Source: Candidatus Zhuqueibacterota bacterium
Lineage (GTDB): Bacteria > Zhuqueibacterota > QNDG01 > JABMRT01
Length of the DNA: 64,000 nt
Assembly: GCA_013202295.1 (NCBI GenBank)
Contig: JABMRT010000101.1
Span: 3,241 to 67,240, forward strand
Reading direction: 5' to 3'
Part shown: one piece after another, positions 12,189 to 22,367 of the stretch
Numbering within the stretch: position 1 is the first letter of the stretch
Layout of the letters: every line of letters begins with the position of its first letter
Program-made: the position numbers and the translations under genes
Notes under the pieces: generated by a model
What the model was told of the DNA's origin: nothing
Databases searched by the model: none
The model's input: the letters and a program-made list of their open reading frames with translations, nothing else

Positions 12189-14972
12189 TTATTTCAAAAT
12201 CAGAACCAGGGTCGGATCGAGCGGATACCGTCCAAACTGCTCCCCGTAAATTGCCAGGCCGCCAGGCAGAGATTCGTCCACTTCAAGACGGATCTCCAGT
12301 CTACCCGATTTCTCCGCTTTCTGGAGAACATCCATTGGAATGGCCGCGGAGACCAGGTACCCATAGGAACCGGCTTCGCGTAGCTTACGATCTCTCAACT
12401 GAGAATGCCAGGATAAAAACCCTCGATGATCAGCCGGATCGTCAGGCAAATCAAATACACTGACAGACTCGCCATTCACCCGAACACGAACGGCGGAGGG
12501 ATATAAATCTTCATCCGTCATGGGATATGCGTTCGGATTCAGACTGCGATCATGCGCTCCGCGTCCTCGCATGTAATCGCCATCGGCGTCCTTCTTGTCG
12601 TCACGATCTTTGCCATTGAGTTGCTTGGCGGATACTTCAATCTTGAAAGACGCTTCTGTCACATTCTCTGCATTTAAATCAGCGGGCCAATTGAGGGTAT
12701 ATTCAAAATAGCCATGTCCCGCGCCATTCACTTTAAGACCGTCAAGAACATCCCATTTCTTTAGGGACCAGGAAGCATCTGTGTAATTATTGGGAGCCAC
12801 ACGTAAACATCGGGTGTGGGAATCAATCATGTCATCCCGTGGAGCGGGGCCATCCTGCACAACAAATGCGGTGAGGTTCCGGTGCAAAACGGTTCCGGTC
12901 TGATCGGATAGAATGGCGCGATACAGTGCCAGACAGGGCTCATCCGGCAGGGTCACTTGCAACTGATCGATCTCACCCGCATACCAAGGGGTATAAGGGA
13001 TGGCCAATTCGGATTCGGATGAGATGGTTTCACGTCCTAGTTGATCCCATACGACTCTTTCCACATTCACCATGAGCCGTTCCCCATAGTCCGTATCAGT
13101 AAGAAAGGAAGCATACAGCGGCACATTCACGATCTGCCCCGGACGGCCAGATCCGCAAAGCGAATCCCCGATGACCAGATACATCTCGTTGTGCAGATCA
13201 TTCAGCGACATGCCGAGATCTTCCAGTCCTGTAATTTTATTGGAACGGTCATACTTGTAGTACCCGTTCCACTCATTGATCACATCGTGATGCTCGGTAT
13301 ACAACCATCCGCAGATGGCGGGATGCTTACGGAATGCGTCGATCATCCGGTGATAATCCCAACTCCAGTCCACATCGCCTGTAGAACCGTCATACCCCCA
13401 CACATTGCCGCACTCACTATTAAAATTAGGTTGTTTACCCTGTTTGTATCCCTCTTCAAAATTCCAGGTGGATTTGGGATAAGTGTCTCGTGAAATCTGA
13501 TCCAGCATGGCATCCCACTCCCAGCCGGGTAGATAATGATGCCATGAATTGATATCGGTTTTCGTATGCCCCCGACCGCAGCAGACTGAATTATCCTCAA
13601 TCAGACGGGATGCATCCAACTGCTTCGCAGACTCATACATGTTCGCGACCCATTTCTGTGTCTCAGGAGTGTAGATTCGCTCGTCACCTTGCTGTGAATA
13701 AAGCCCCCAGGTTTCATTAAATAGCACCCAGCTAAAAATGGAAGGATGGTTGTAATCCCGTTTGATCATCGCACGCATTGCATAATCAATCTCTGACCGC
13801 ATGGATGCATCCGGCTCGCCCCAGCTATTGGGAACATCTGCCATGATAAGGACACCAAGCTTATCGGCCCAGTACAGTTTGCGCGGCACTTCTACTTTAA
13901 TGTGGATGCGCTGCCCATTCAAGCCGATTCGCCGCGTGCGCAGAATCTCATCACGCATAAATGCATCGGACGGAAACGTATAAAATCCTTCAGGATGATA
14001 GGATTGATCAAGCGTCGTTTCAAGATAAATCGGTTTGTTATTCAGCGCAATGTAGGGAATGTCCGTGCCCGGTAGGTTCATCACACTGATCTTCCGCATA
14101 CCGAAATAGGTGGATAGCGAATCGTCTTCCCCGGATGGATTGCGTAGCATCACGCTCACTTCATAAAGATAGGGATCTTCAAGTGACCAGAGCTTGGTCT
14201 CGGGAATGGAAATATCAAATCGGGTTTCGGATTTTCCCTTTTTAATTTTCCGAACAACCTCGGCAGGATTGTGATCTTCGGATTTGAATTTCACAACCAC
14301 CGAAACATCGTTTGGGACCTTTTGATCCAGAACAGCTCGAACGGAAACCTTGTCTTTGTCAATGTCAGGAGTGAAATGGACATAATCAAGATATAAGGAT
14401 GGACGTGCCTCAAGATACACCGTTTGCCAAATACCGCGTGCATTTCCATACCCTTGCTTACCTTCGAGCTTAAATGCTCGATCCACATCATCAACTCGGA
14501 TGACCAGGTTCTGCTTTTTACCATATTTGACATAATTCGTCAGTTCGAACTCGATGGGTGTGTACCCACCCCGATGCGAGCCGATTTTATGACTATCAAA
14601 CCAGCAGGTCGTTTCCCAATCTGACGCACCGATAATGAGAAAAATCCGCATCCCTTCCCCACAATTGGGTACCTTGATCTGGCGCTGGTACCATGCGATC
14701 TGAGACTCATCTTCAACACCGGACAAGGGTGATCCCCACGGAAAAGGGACAAGAATTTTCTGGGAAAAAGATTTGGAGCTGTTAAACCACTTTGCTCCAA
14801 CACCTGCATCCTCACCGTCAAACTTAAAAGCCCACTCACCATTCAGGTTGATCCAATGTTCGCGCTGAAAATCCGGCCGCGGATGTTCAGGCAGTGGTAC
14901 AGTTTCAATTGCATAGATTGATGTAGACAACAGAATGGCAAGTAATACAATAATAAAAAAGCGATGATTCAT
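12189..14972 (-). CDS. Glycoside hydrolase family 2, secreted
   Basis: Signal peptide MNHRFFIIVLLAILLSTSIYA; GH2 sugar-binding/Ig/TIM-barrel (WQTVYLEARP, NHPSIFSWVLFNETWG acid/base region). Confidence 0.8.
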   Translation of the reverse strand: MNHRFFIIVLLAILLSTSIYAIETVPLPEHPRPDFQREHWINLNGEWAFKFDGEDAGVGAKWFNSSKSFSQKILVPFPWGSPLSGVEDESQIAWYQRQIKVPNCGEGMRIFLIIGASDWETTCWFDSHKIGSHRGGYTPIEFELTNYVKYGKKQNLVIRVDDVDRAFKLEGKQGYGNARGIWQTVYLEARPSLYLDYVHFTPDIDKDKVSVRAVLDQKVPNDVSVVVKFKSEDHNPAEVVRKIKKGKSETRFDISIPETKLWSLEDPYLYEVSVMLRNPSGEDDSLSTYFGMRKISVMNLPGTDIPYIALNNKPIYLETTLDQSYHPEGFYTFPSDAFMRDEILRTRRIGLNGQRIHIKVEVPRKLYWADKLGVLIMADVPNSWGEPDASMRSEIDYAMRAMIKRDYNHPSIFSWVLFNETWGLYSQQGDERIYTPETQKWVANMYESAKQLDASRLIEDNSVCCGRGHTKTDINSWHHYLPGWEWDAMLDQISRDTYPKSTWNFEEGYKQGKQPNFNSECGNVWGYDGSTGDVDWSWDYHRMIDAFRKHPAICGWLYTEHHDVINEWNGYYKYDRSNKITGLEDLGMSLNDLHNEMYLVIGDSLCGSGRPGQIVNVPLYASFLTDTDYGERLMVNVERVVWDQLGRETISSESELAIPYTPWYAGEIDQLQVTLPDEPCLALYRAILSDQTGTVLHRNLTAFVVQDGPAPRDDMIDSHTRCLRVAPNNYTDASWSLKKWDVLDGLKVNGAGHGYFEYTLNWPADLNAENVTEASFKIEVSAKQLNGKDRDDKKDADGDYMRGRGAHDRSLNPNAYPMTDEDLYPSAVRVRVNGESVSVFDLPDDPADHRGFLSWHSQLRDRKLREAGSYGYLVSAAIPMDVLQKAEKSGRLEIRLEVDESLPGGLAIYGEQFGRYPLDPTLVLILK

Positions 14973-15106
14973 CTCTCCTCCATCATTAAAAAGTCCTGAC
15001 TTCTTGGACTACAAAGCCTTTTCTCCTGTCTCACAACTCCAGTCTCCGCTTATATTGTTCCCCGTTATCTGTATGCCGTTTACCGTATTCCAATCCTTCT
15101 TAATTA

Positions 15107-17830
15107 TTAAAACCGCACCTCAATAGTCTTTGACTTCTCCAGCCGCACGGGATTCAATCTCTCTATCGTCCGCATGTCTTCCGTGCCCGGCTCGCCAATC
15201 ATTATTGTGTGCAATCCTTTTTGAAAAACCTTTGGATGATAATGTGATGATGATGCCCGAACCGTATACACAATTTCTCCGGAGGCTTCATGAATCACTT
15301 GCACTACAGGCGGATTGTTCAGCCCTGTCACATGAATCTCCGGCAGCCAGGCTCTTGCCGTGCGTGCATAATTATCCTCTACTCTGATTATCTTCGGCCA
15401 CCCCTCGTACTGTTCCGCATCTGGGACAGCGGGATCTGACCACCGTGGCCAGCATTCCATGGTGATCTCTTGCTTTTTCTTGTTGAGGCGGATAATACCA
15501 TACCCCGTTGCCCGGTCATAAAGCTCTGCCGGTTCTTTGTCCGTGACATAAGGATTTGACGCAGCCCAGACTGTCATTCGGTTACCGAAGGCGTCAAAGT
15601 AACGGCCTGTATATGGAGGTAAACTGTCCTGATGATTGCCACCTGATTTTTGTGTGAACCAGCGGCGCGGCGCAATATTCCCATTGGCAGGCACACAGAA
15701 TGAATATCCTGCATCTTCCCACTTATCTACGCCGTGATGGACGATGGATCCCAGATGCTGATCACCCGCAATCATGAATCCAAATCCCTTACGAATCGCC
15801 TTGAGCGCTTTGTTCCGTCCGGTCTGCGGCCAGCCGTTCGTATCCATATCCCGGGATGGCGCATAGTTGGTGGGATATTCTCCCTCAGGCAAATTCTTGA
15901 GCTGATTCAGCCTGACACCAAATGTGTTTTTCGGCTCGGAATTCACACACCCGAACACAGTGGCGGACAGTACGATCTTCATAAAGGCATCCGGCCAATC
16001 GGAAGACCAATTCTCAAGAAACTGAAGTTGTTGATCACCGAGCAATTCGGCTTTAGGATGATCTGCCCTGCGGCAGTCATAATCCAGATTGAGAGGAAAT
16101 CCATTGCGGATATTGGCTTCCGGCAATAGAGCACGAGGAGCGGATTTGAACTTTCGATCTTCCAGGATGGCAAAACTCACACCACCGTAAAGCATGTCTG
16201 TGTAGTAAGTTTCAATTCCCTGTTCAATTGGATCGGGATGAACCGGGTCCGGCAAGTGACTGCACTGCGTCCGTTGCACCATGTTCACCCAGTCTGCAGG
16301 CAATTCATACCCACCCCCGTCGTGTCGGAACATGTGTGTATGTCGTTGATATTCTGGAGAAAGCTTACGGACCATCTCTTCCCACGAATCCGCCTCCGGA
16401 AAATCCCGTGCCTTTTTACCGCCCTCACCCCAGTAATTGATTTGATATACATCGTGATCATCCGTGATGCAGACCGTGGGGATGTTTCGCGTCAAGTCTT
16501 CATGTGCCCAGCTAAACAGCAGCCATTTATTAAAATAATCGATATAGGATGACCACGCGCCGCTTTTATCTGCACGCACAAAGCTGCTCTCGTAAATCTG
16601 ATCGCCCGTGTAAACTAACAAATCAGGATTGTGTTTTTTGACATGCGCATCCAGATCAGCATGCGGAAACCACATACGATTGTGCGAAAAATCATAGTCA
16701 TCCGGCGGCATCTTCCAGCTATGGATAGATTTGCCATTATAATTTCCTGTAAATGCCGCTATGGTTATCTCTTCCCAGTCCGGTTCTTTAGGGATATTAC
16801 CAAAATAATAAGCAGTTTGCGTCTTACCCTTCTGATCCATATAATCGAACACAATCCGATACTCATAGTCGTTCGATCTGTCCCAGTTCTCCACACGGAA
16901 TGGCAGTGTCCAACCAGGCGTCACAATCCGGCTCGTATCCATACGAATCCATGGATGTTTGTTTTTCACCTTAGATTCAAGATAACCCACATGATTCTCT
17001 TCAGGACTGATGATTGGCATCTGTGCCGTCAGTTTCAGCACGCCACGACTCTGTGTATACAGCACACCATGTACGGGACCATACGCCTGCTGCTCCCGTA
17101 CTGCAACCTTGGATCCTCCTACCAACCAGTTTTTAAACCAGAAGGATTGATTTCTGTAATCGCCTCCGCGATGCGCCACGAGTGCCACATTACCGGTAAG
17201 ACGCGCCCCATCTACTGAATCGATTGTGCAAGATCGTGTCCTGTTCTCAATTTGTACTTTTAGTGTGAGTTGATAACCGGAATCACTTGGCTCCATCAGA
17301 AGTGTTAAGCGGACTGGATACAGTAACTTCTTCACATCAATCGGTTCGGATGCAAGCATGCACAGACTGTCTTCGTTGTCGCGGAACACCAACCTGCCAT
17401 CCCCCTGAATGCCAGCAATCAAACCACCATTGTTCCCGGATGCATGATGGACCTGAGCCCGTGCTTTATAATGCAGATCCAGATCTCCCGCACCGATGAG
17501 AAATCCGGCGATGGCATTCACTCCCTTACCAGCTTCTTTAGAAATCGCACCAATCTCAACCGACATCTTAAGCGATCCATCAAGCTCAGTTAGCTCCCGT
17601 GTCAACAAATGCACTGTACGTAAGGGTAATGTTCCCTCGAGACATTCCAACCGCCCTTCAGAAAGGCACCAGTCCTGAATACGGTTAGACCAATAATTCG
17701 GCCCGATCCAATGTCGCGTCACATTCTCAGGCCAATTGGAGCCAAACTGATCCTGCAATTCGCCGCAGGTCAGCATCAAAATACCAAGGAACGTACATCC
17801 GAAAACAAATTTATTTCTTCTCATAACCAA
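15107..17830 (-). CDS. PhoD-like metallophosphatase family protein with ~340-aa N-terminal domain of unknown function, secreted
   Basis: LLVYTGDQIYESS ... CITDDHDVYQINYWGEGG ... GDQHLGSIVHHG resemble PhoD/calcineurin-like metallophosphoesterase motifs; N-terminal signal/TM. Confidence 0.5.
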   Translation of the reverse strand: MVMRRNKFVFGCTFLGILMLTCGELQDQFGSNWPENVTRHWIGPNYWSNRIQDWCLSEGRLECLEGTLPLRTVHLLTRELTELDGSLKMSVEIGAISKEAGKGVNAIAGFLIGAGDLDLHYKARAQVHHASGNNGGLIAGIQGDGRLVFRDNEDSLCMLASEPIDVKKLLYPVRLTLLMEPSDSGYQLTLKVQIENRTRSCTIDSVDGARLTGNVALVAHRGGDYRNQSFWFKNWLVGGSKVAVREQQAYGPVHGVLYTQSRGVLKLTAQMPIISPEENHVGYLESKVKNKHPWIRMDTSRIVTPGWTLPFRVENWDRSNDYEYRIVFDYMDQKGKTQTAYYFGNIPKEPDWEEITIAAFTGNYNGKSIHSWKMPPDDYDFSHNRMWFPHADLDAHVKKHNPDLLVYTGDQIYESSFVRADKSGAWSSYIDYFNKWLLFSWAHEDLTRNIPTVCITDDHDVYQINYWGEGGKKARDFPEADSWEEMVRKLSPEYQRHTHMFRHDGGGYELPADWVNMVQRTQCSHLPDPVHPDPIEQGIETYYTDMLYGGVSFAILEDRKFKSAPRALLPEANIRNGFPLNLDYDCRRADHPKAELLGDQQLQFLENWSSDWPDAFMKIVLSATVFGCVNSEPKNTFGVRLNQLKNLPEGEYPTNYAPSRDMDTNGWPQTGRNKALKAIRKGFGFMIAGDQHLGSIVHHGVDKWEDAGYSFCVPANGNIAPRRWFTQKSGGNHQDSLPPYTGRYFDAFGNRMTVWAASNPYVTDKEPAELYDRATGYGIIRLNKKKQEITMECWPRWSDPAVPDAEQYEGWPKIIRVEDNYARTARAWLPEIHVTGLNNPPVVQVIHEASGEIVYTVRASSSHYHPKVFQKGLHTIMIGEPGTEDMRTIERLNPVRLEKSKTIEVRF

Positions 17831-17888
17831 TCATCCATCACCAAAGATCCATTTCCCGCTTTCGGTCTCCCATCTCCTGAATTCTGAA

Positions 17889-18740
17889 CTAAAACACCTC
17901 ATTATAAACAGACTGTAAATACTTAAGACCTTCCGTTGCCAGCACCTCGGGAGATTCGGCAAGTTTACGCCAGATACAGCACAGTTTCGCAATGTTTTCC
18001 ATGTTCGGATCAAAAGACTCAATCGTTATGCATCCGTCGTATCCGACCTCTTTCAGGGCGGTGAAAAATTCTACCCAGGGAACAAGCCCCGTACCTGGGA
18101 TTCCCCGCTGGTTCTCACAGGCATGGACATAGCCCAAATAGGATCCAGTATCACGAACTGCACCGCCGATGCTGTTTTCTTCACGAACCATATGAAAAGT
18201 ATCGAGGTGTACCTTCACATTATCCATGCCAATCTCTTTGATAAAAGACACGGCATCGGACGCCACATTGATAAAATGCGACTCAAAGCGATTGAGCGGT
18301 TCAATGCCGATGATCAGGTCAGATTGAGATGCTGCATATTCAGCTATCGCACGTGTGGATTCCATGCCCCACTTCCACTCATCCTCCGTGCGCATCTTAC
18401 CGGTTCGGTACCCCCAGCCACAGTAAATAGCACCGCCGAACACCTCAGCCCCGGTTTCATTGGCCAGATCCACCAGCTTCCTGGCAAACTCCACCCCTCG
18501 TTTTCGTACAACCGGATCAGGTGAAATCGTATTGTACTCTTCAGGAATTCCATACCCCATCTGGATGGTCAATCCCAGTTCCTCAGCCATCTTCCGGGTC
18601 TTGGCTGCCGGAAAATTATCCGGATCAAATGGAATAATCTCTACCGCATCAAAACCCATGTTCCTGCATTTCTCAAGAACCGGCAAATCCTTCTCCACAA
18701 AGGTCTCATTGAACAGTAATGAGTGAATTCCAAACTTCAT
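17889..18740 (-). CDS. Sugar phosphate isomerase/epimerase (xylose-isomerase-like TIM barrel)
   Basis: MKFGIHSLLF...GFDAVEI...IGIEPLNRFESHFINV...VHLDTFHM typical of AP-endonuclease-2/xylose isomerase-like family. Confidence 0.8.
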   Translation of the reverse strand: MKFGIHSLLFNETFVEKDLPVLEKCRNMGFDAVEIIPFDPDNFPAAKTRKMAEELGLTIQMGYGIPEEYNTISPDPVVRKRGVEFARKLVDLANETGAEVFGGAIYCGWGYRTGKMRTEDEWKWGMESTRAIAEYAASQSDLIIGIEPLNRFESHFINVASDAVSFIKEIGMDNVKVHLDTFHMVREENSIGGAVRDTGSYLGYVHACENQRGIPGTGLVPWVEFFTALKEVGYDGCITIESFDPNMENIAKLCCIWRKLAESPEVLATEGLKYLQSVYNEVF

Positions 18741-19146
18741 ACCAGACTCCTAATGATGAATGTCATATAAAACAGGATTCTGTCTTTAATGGATTCCAAT
18801 CCATATCTTTTTATGATGTAAATTAGCGCTGTCATAAAATAGTATAATCTCTCCTCGAATACAAGTATTGGATGATAAAATTAATTTGCAATTATTTAAT
18901 ATCAGTCGATCGATCTTTTATCAACCATTCCGAATTATATTGCGGCTAATAACATAGTAGATGGCAATGGTTCTAATAAAGTGAACCATCCAAAGAATCT
19001 ATTCACCGCTAAAAGAACCATAGGATCGGATGAAGATTTCTCAGCAACAGATGAAACAACCAACACGTACTAATATCCAGAAGCACAAAATGTTATCAAT
19101 CTAACAGAATGGACACCAATCACAATTTTATTTAAAGGAGAACAAA

Positions 19147-19569
19147 ATGAAGACAACTCAAATCCGTTCAATCACCTGGCTCTGTGTTGCACTCTGTCTG
19201 CTGACATTCAGCCTAGCAGTTGCTAAAACCAATCCGATTACGCCCAATCCGGAAACCGAACTCACGTTGAATGGTACAGTCGAAGGTACCATTGTGGATC
19301 TTGAATCTGGTAAAGCACTGACCAATGTGCTCGTACGCATCGAAGGATGTAAAAAAGCGGCCATGACAAATCAGTATGGCAGGTTTTTTCTCGAAGAAGT
19401 ACCCACTGGTGTCTGCTGCATGAAAGTTTCAAAGCGTGGCTATCAGAAGGTGCAGAATGACATCATCATTCAAGATGGCGCGTTGACAAAATTCACTATC
19501 AAACTTCAGACCGAAGAAAATGCCGTAGCCAAACCGCCCGTTTCTTCGCAGATCGTTCAGAAAGGTTAA
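19147..19569 (+). CDS. Small secreted carboxypeptidase-regulatory-like (CarbopepD_reg) domain protein
   Basis: Signal peptide then GTIVDLESGKALTNVLVRIEGCKKAAMTNQYGRFFLEEVPTGVCCMKVSKRGYQ. Confidence 0.5.
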   Translation: MKTTQIRSITWLCVALCLLTFSLAVAKTNPITPNPETELTLNGTVEGTIVDLESGKALTNVLVRIEGCKKAAMTNQYGRFFLEEVPTGVCCMKVSKRGYQKVQNDIIIQDGALTKFTIKLQTEENAVAKPPVSSQIVQKG

Positions 19570-19627
19570 GATAAAATATTCTTATAGATATTTCCGCTCC
19601 TTGTTCTTCTTCATCCTCTTGATTCAT

Positions 19628-19658
19628 GGTCCGGTACTGCATACCGGACCTTTTTTTT
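19628..19658 (+). terminator. Rho-independent terminator
   Basis: ggtccggta-ctgca-taccggacc followed by T8. Confidence 0.65.
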
Positions 19659-19689
19659 GCCTCAAAACTGAAAATAATCAAAATATTTC

Positions 19690-19718
19690 TTGACATCCTA
19701 CGAGTCAGATAGTATATT
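19690..19718 (+). promoter_or_regulatory. Candidate sigma-70-type promoter for blaI-like operon
   Basis: TTGACA - 17 nt - TATATT, 19 bp upstream of BlaI-like start. Confidence 0.35.
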
Positions 19719-19736
19719 TACTACAGTTATAGTAGA

Positions 19737-20156
19737 GTGACGACATCAGTAGGAGGATTAATGTCTTTTAAAAATGTCAAGTTGACCCCTGTGGAATGGG
19801 AAATCATGGAAACCATCTGGGAGATCGGTGGGAAACCTTCTGTCAGAGAGGTTGTGGATTTCGCTTATGCCAACGGCGAAAAAGCCTATACTACAATTCA
19901 GACCATGATGAACACCCTTGAAAAAAAGGGACTGCTTAAGCGTGAGAAAATCGGCATGGTGAATTTTTACACCGCTGCACGCACCCGGAATCAAATGGTC
20001 AAGACGGAGCTGTCTACATTGGTCACGCGCGTGTTTGATGGATCCGTCCCCGCGATGGCCAACTTTCTGTTGGATTCTGAGAACTTAAGTCAGGATGAAA
20101 TCGATACGATCAAAACTCTGCTCAATCAAAAAGAAATTGAACTAAAGGGGAAATAA
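19737..20156 (+). CDS. BlaI/MecI/CopY-family transcriptional repressor
   Basis: LTPVEWEIMETIWEIGGKPSVREVVDFAYANGEKAYTTIQTMMNTLEKKGLLKREKIGMVNFYTAA matches penicillinase-repressor winged helix. Confidence 0.85.
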   Translation: MTTSVGGLMSFKNVKLTPVEWEIMETIWEIGGKPSVREVVDFAYANGEKAYTTIQTMMNTLEKKGLLKREKIGMVNFYTAARTRNQMVKTELSTLVTRVFDGSVPAMANFLLDSENLSQDEIDTIKTLLNQKEIELKGK

Positions 20157-20157
20157 A

Positions 20158-20661
20158 ATGGTCATGTGGATCAATGAAATTGCCGCAACCTGGGCCGAGT
20201 ATTTCGGCTGGGCCGTGATACAAAATTCCATTTTCCTGGGGATCATCATCCTGACATTGCGCCTCTTGAGGGATACCCCTGCCCGAATTCGGTATTGGAT
20301 TGGAATGGCTGGACTAATCAAGTTGATTATTCCTCCCTTTCTCGCTGCCCCGTTTCTGAAACCCGATCCCATCATTCTCTCATCCGTGGGATTAATCAGC
20401 ATTCAGCCTGTTATAAATCTGACGGAAGTTCCACCACCCCCGCCCCCTACAGCGGAAGAAGTATCAGAAACAGCAGAAGCGAAAACTGCCATCAAGGGAA
20501 CCATCCGGGATAAGGAAAGCAACAAATTACTTCCCGGTACGAAGGTGGAACTCAAAGGAACAGAATTCTCATGTGTCGCAAGTGATAAAGCCGAATTCTA
20601 TATGATGGCATTCCCACAGGATCGTACGAAGTTTTATTTTCATTGGACGACAGGTATATAG
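20158..20661 (+). CDS. BlaR1-N-terminal-like membrane sensor segment (first part of frameshifted BlaR1-N/CarbopepD_reg/TonB-C gene)
   Basis: IQNSIFLGIIILTLRLLRDTPARIRYWIGMAGLIKLIIPPFLAAPFL resembles BlaR1/M56 N-terminal TM region (no HEXXH); Pro-rich linker PPPPPPTAEE; CarbopepD_reg start GTIRDKESNKLLPGTKVELKG. Confidence 0.6.
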   Translation: MVMWINEIAATWAEYFGWAVIQNSIFLGIIILTLRLLRDTPARIRYWIGMAGLIKLIIPPFLAAPFLKPDPIILSSVGLISIQPVINLTEVPPPPPPTAEEVSETAEAKTAIKGTIRDKESNKLLPGTKVELKGTEFSCVASDKAEFYMMAFPQDRTKFYFHWTTGI

Positions 20662-21665
20662 GCAGCATGCCCCTCATTGTCAGCTCGGCAGATACCTGGA
20701 ATATGGAGATGAAACTGGATTATCCAAATCCTGCTCCCATTGTTACCGGTAAGATTTACGGCAAGGTTACCGATGAAGAAGGCAATCCCCTGTTTGCGAC
20801 CAATGTCATACTAAAGGGTACAAAGATAGGCGCAGCTGCAGACGAATCCGGCAATTTCTACATAATCAACGTACCGCCTGAGATATATACGCTTTTAGCA
20901 TCACGGATGGGCAGTAAAACCGTTCAATTAAATGATGTGAAAGTTGTGGCTGGCGAATCAACTGAAGTTAATGTCAAACTCGAAGAAACAGTGATTGACA
21001 TGACAAAAGGTGTCACTGTTGAAGGAGCGCCACCACCTCCACCATCAGATGACAAGGAAATTGTATTCGTGTCTTATGATTCCCCCCCTGAACCGATTGG
21101 CGGATTCGAAGCCATTCAGAAGAATCTCCGTTATCCTGAGCTGGCGAGAAAAGCAGGCATTGAAGGCCGTGTAATTATCTATGTTCAAGTGGACGAAAAC
21201 GGCGATGCAATCAGGACCAGAGTGATTCAGTCACTTGGCGAGAACAATGGCTGCGATGAAGCAGCAATCGAGGCTGTCAAAGCCGTAAAATGGAAACCCG
21301 CCATGCAACGCGACCAAAATGTCAAAGTCTGGATCGCCGTACCGATTGATTTTAAGTTGGGAAGTCATAGTGAGCACAAAGTGGGTATGGCGGATTCTGA
21401 TCCGTATGCAGAAGAAAAGATTATTGCCTGTCAACATAATCAGAAATCTATTGAGTCAGCGGCATCCATAGGATATGCCAATAATGCGCTTGATGGTGAG
21501 GCTTATTTTCCGAATGATATATCGGAAATGATTGAAATGGGTTTATTACCTGCGATTCCGAGATGTCCTAATGGAGGGACATATATTTATGAACCAATAA
21601 AAGGGACAGCAACATGCTCCATTCCGGGACATGCATGGAATTCTTCATCAACCTCAGATAATTAA
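20643..21665 (+). CDS. Continuation of the same gene in another frame: CarbopepD_reg domain + Pro-rich linker + TonB C-terminal domain
   Basis: GKIYGKVTDEEGNPLFATNVILKGTKIGAAADESGNFYIINVPPEIYTL (CarbopepD_reg); PPPPPSDDKEIVFVSYDSPPEPIGGFEAIQKNLRYPELARKAGIEGRVIIYVQVDENG (TonB_C); overlaps previous ORF by ~70 bp in a different frame, ORF-track start is TTG. Confidence 0.6.
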   Translation: MDDRYIGSMPLIVSSADTWNMEMKLDYPNPAPIVTGKIYGKVTDEEGNPLFATNVILKGTKIGAAADESGNFYIINVPPEIYTLLASRMGSKTVQLNDVKVVAGESTEVNVKLEETVIDMTKGVTVEGAPPPPPSDDKEIVFVSYDSPPEPIGGFEAIQKNLRYPELARKAGIEGRVIIYVQVDENGDAIRTRVIQSLGENNGCDEAAIEAVKAVKWKPAMQRDQNVKVWIAVPIDFKLGSHSEHKVGMADSDPYAEEKIIACQHNQKSIESAASIGYANNALDGEAYFPNDISEMIEMGLLPAIPRCPNGGTYIYEPIKGTATCSIPGHAWNSSSTSDN

Positions 21666-21798
21666 ACGACTGTAATGCGACGCATCCCGCACAGGCGGGA
21701 TGCGTCGCACTTCCTTTTCCACATTCCCCCCTTGAATTCTGAACTTTTACTTTGTATCTTTGTTTAGCGATTGTTCTCGAAAAACATCGAGGTGAACA

Positions 21799-22299
21799 AT
21801 GCAAAAGATATGTGCTTGGTGTGGGAAGAACATAGCAAAGAGTGTGGATACACGTCCTGGTGTCACACACGGAATGTGCGCTGATTGTGAAGCCCTGCTC
21901 GAGGGCAACCAGCCCGGCAGCCTGAGACATTTATTAGATAAATTTGATATGCCAGTCATGGCAGTCGATAAAGAAGGCCGGGTGCGTACAGCCAACGGCA
22001 GGGTGGAAGAAATGCTCCATAAAGACCTGCATGAGATGGAGAATCCGCTTGCCGGCGACTTCATGGAATGCGCCTATGCCCAACTCCCTGGCGGATGTGG
22101 CAACACCACACATTGTCCCGCGTGTACAATCAGAAACACCGTGATGCACACCTATAACACCGGCGAAGCACAAACCAATGTCGAAACCACACTCAATCGA
22201 CGTACGGCCGATGGCATCACTCCCGTTCAACTGTGGATTACCACAGTAAAAACCAGAGACGTCGTCATTCTTCGAATCGAGGATATGAGGAAGCCGTGA
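21799..22299 (+). CDS. Hypothetical Cys-rich protein (N-terminal Zn-ribbon-like CxxC...CxxC, PAS-like core with second CxxC)
   Basis: CAWCGK...CADCE and CGNTTHCPACT motifs; plausible RBS/ATG, intergenic flanks. Confidence 0.4.
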   Translation: MQKICAWCGKNIAKSVDTRPGVTHGMCADCEALLEGNQPGSLRHLLDKFDMPVMAVDKEGRVRTANGRVEEMLHKDLHEMENPLAGDFMECAYAQLPGGCGNTTHCPACTIRNTVMHTYNTGEAQTNVETTLNRRTADGITPVQLWITTVKTRDVVILRIEDMRKP

Positions 22300-22367
22300 A
22301 AATCCTGGGTTGGATCAACCGAAAGCTTTCATCTGATGCATTTTTTAACTTAGGCTTTTAAACCAAT

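Noticed and set aside
19719-19737. Possible BlaI operator dyad overlapping the candidate -10 (ttactacagttatagtagag)
   Set aside because: On close reading only a 4-bp CTAC/GTAG dyad is perfect; it does not match the TACA/TGTA Bla/Cop box convincingly.
20158-21665. Considered calling the BlaR1-like N-terminus an M56 metallopeptidase
   Set aside because: No HEXXH zinc-binding motif is present; only the membrane-sensor N-terminal region resembles BlaR1.
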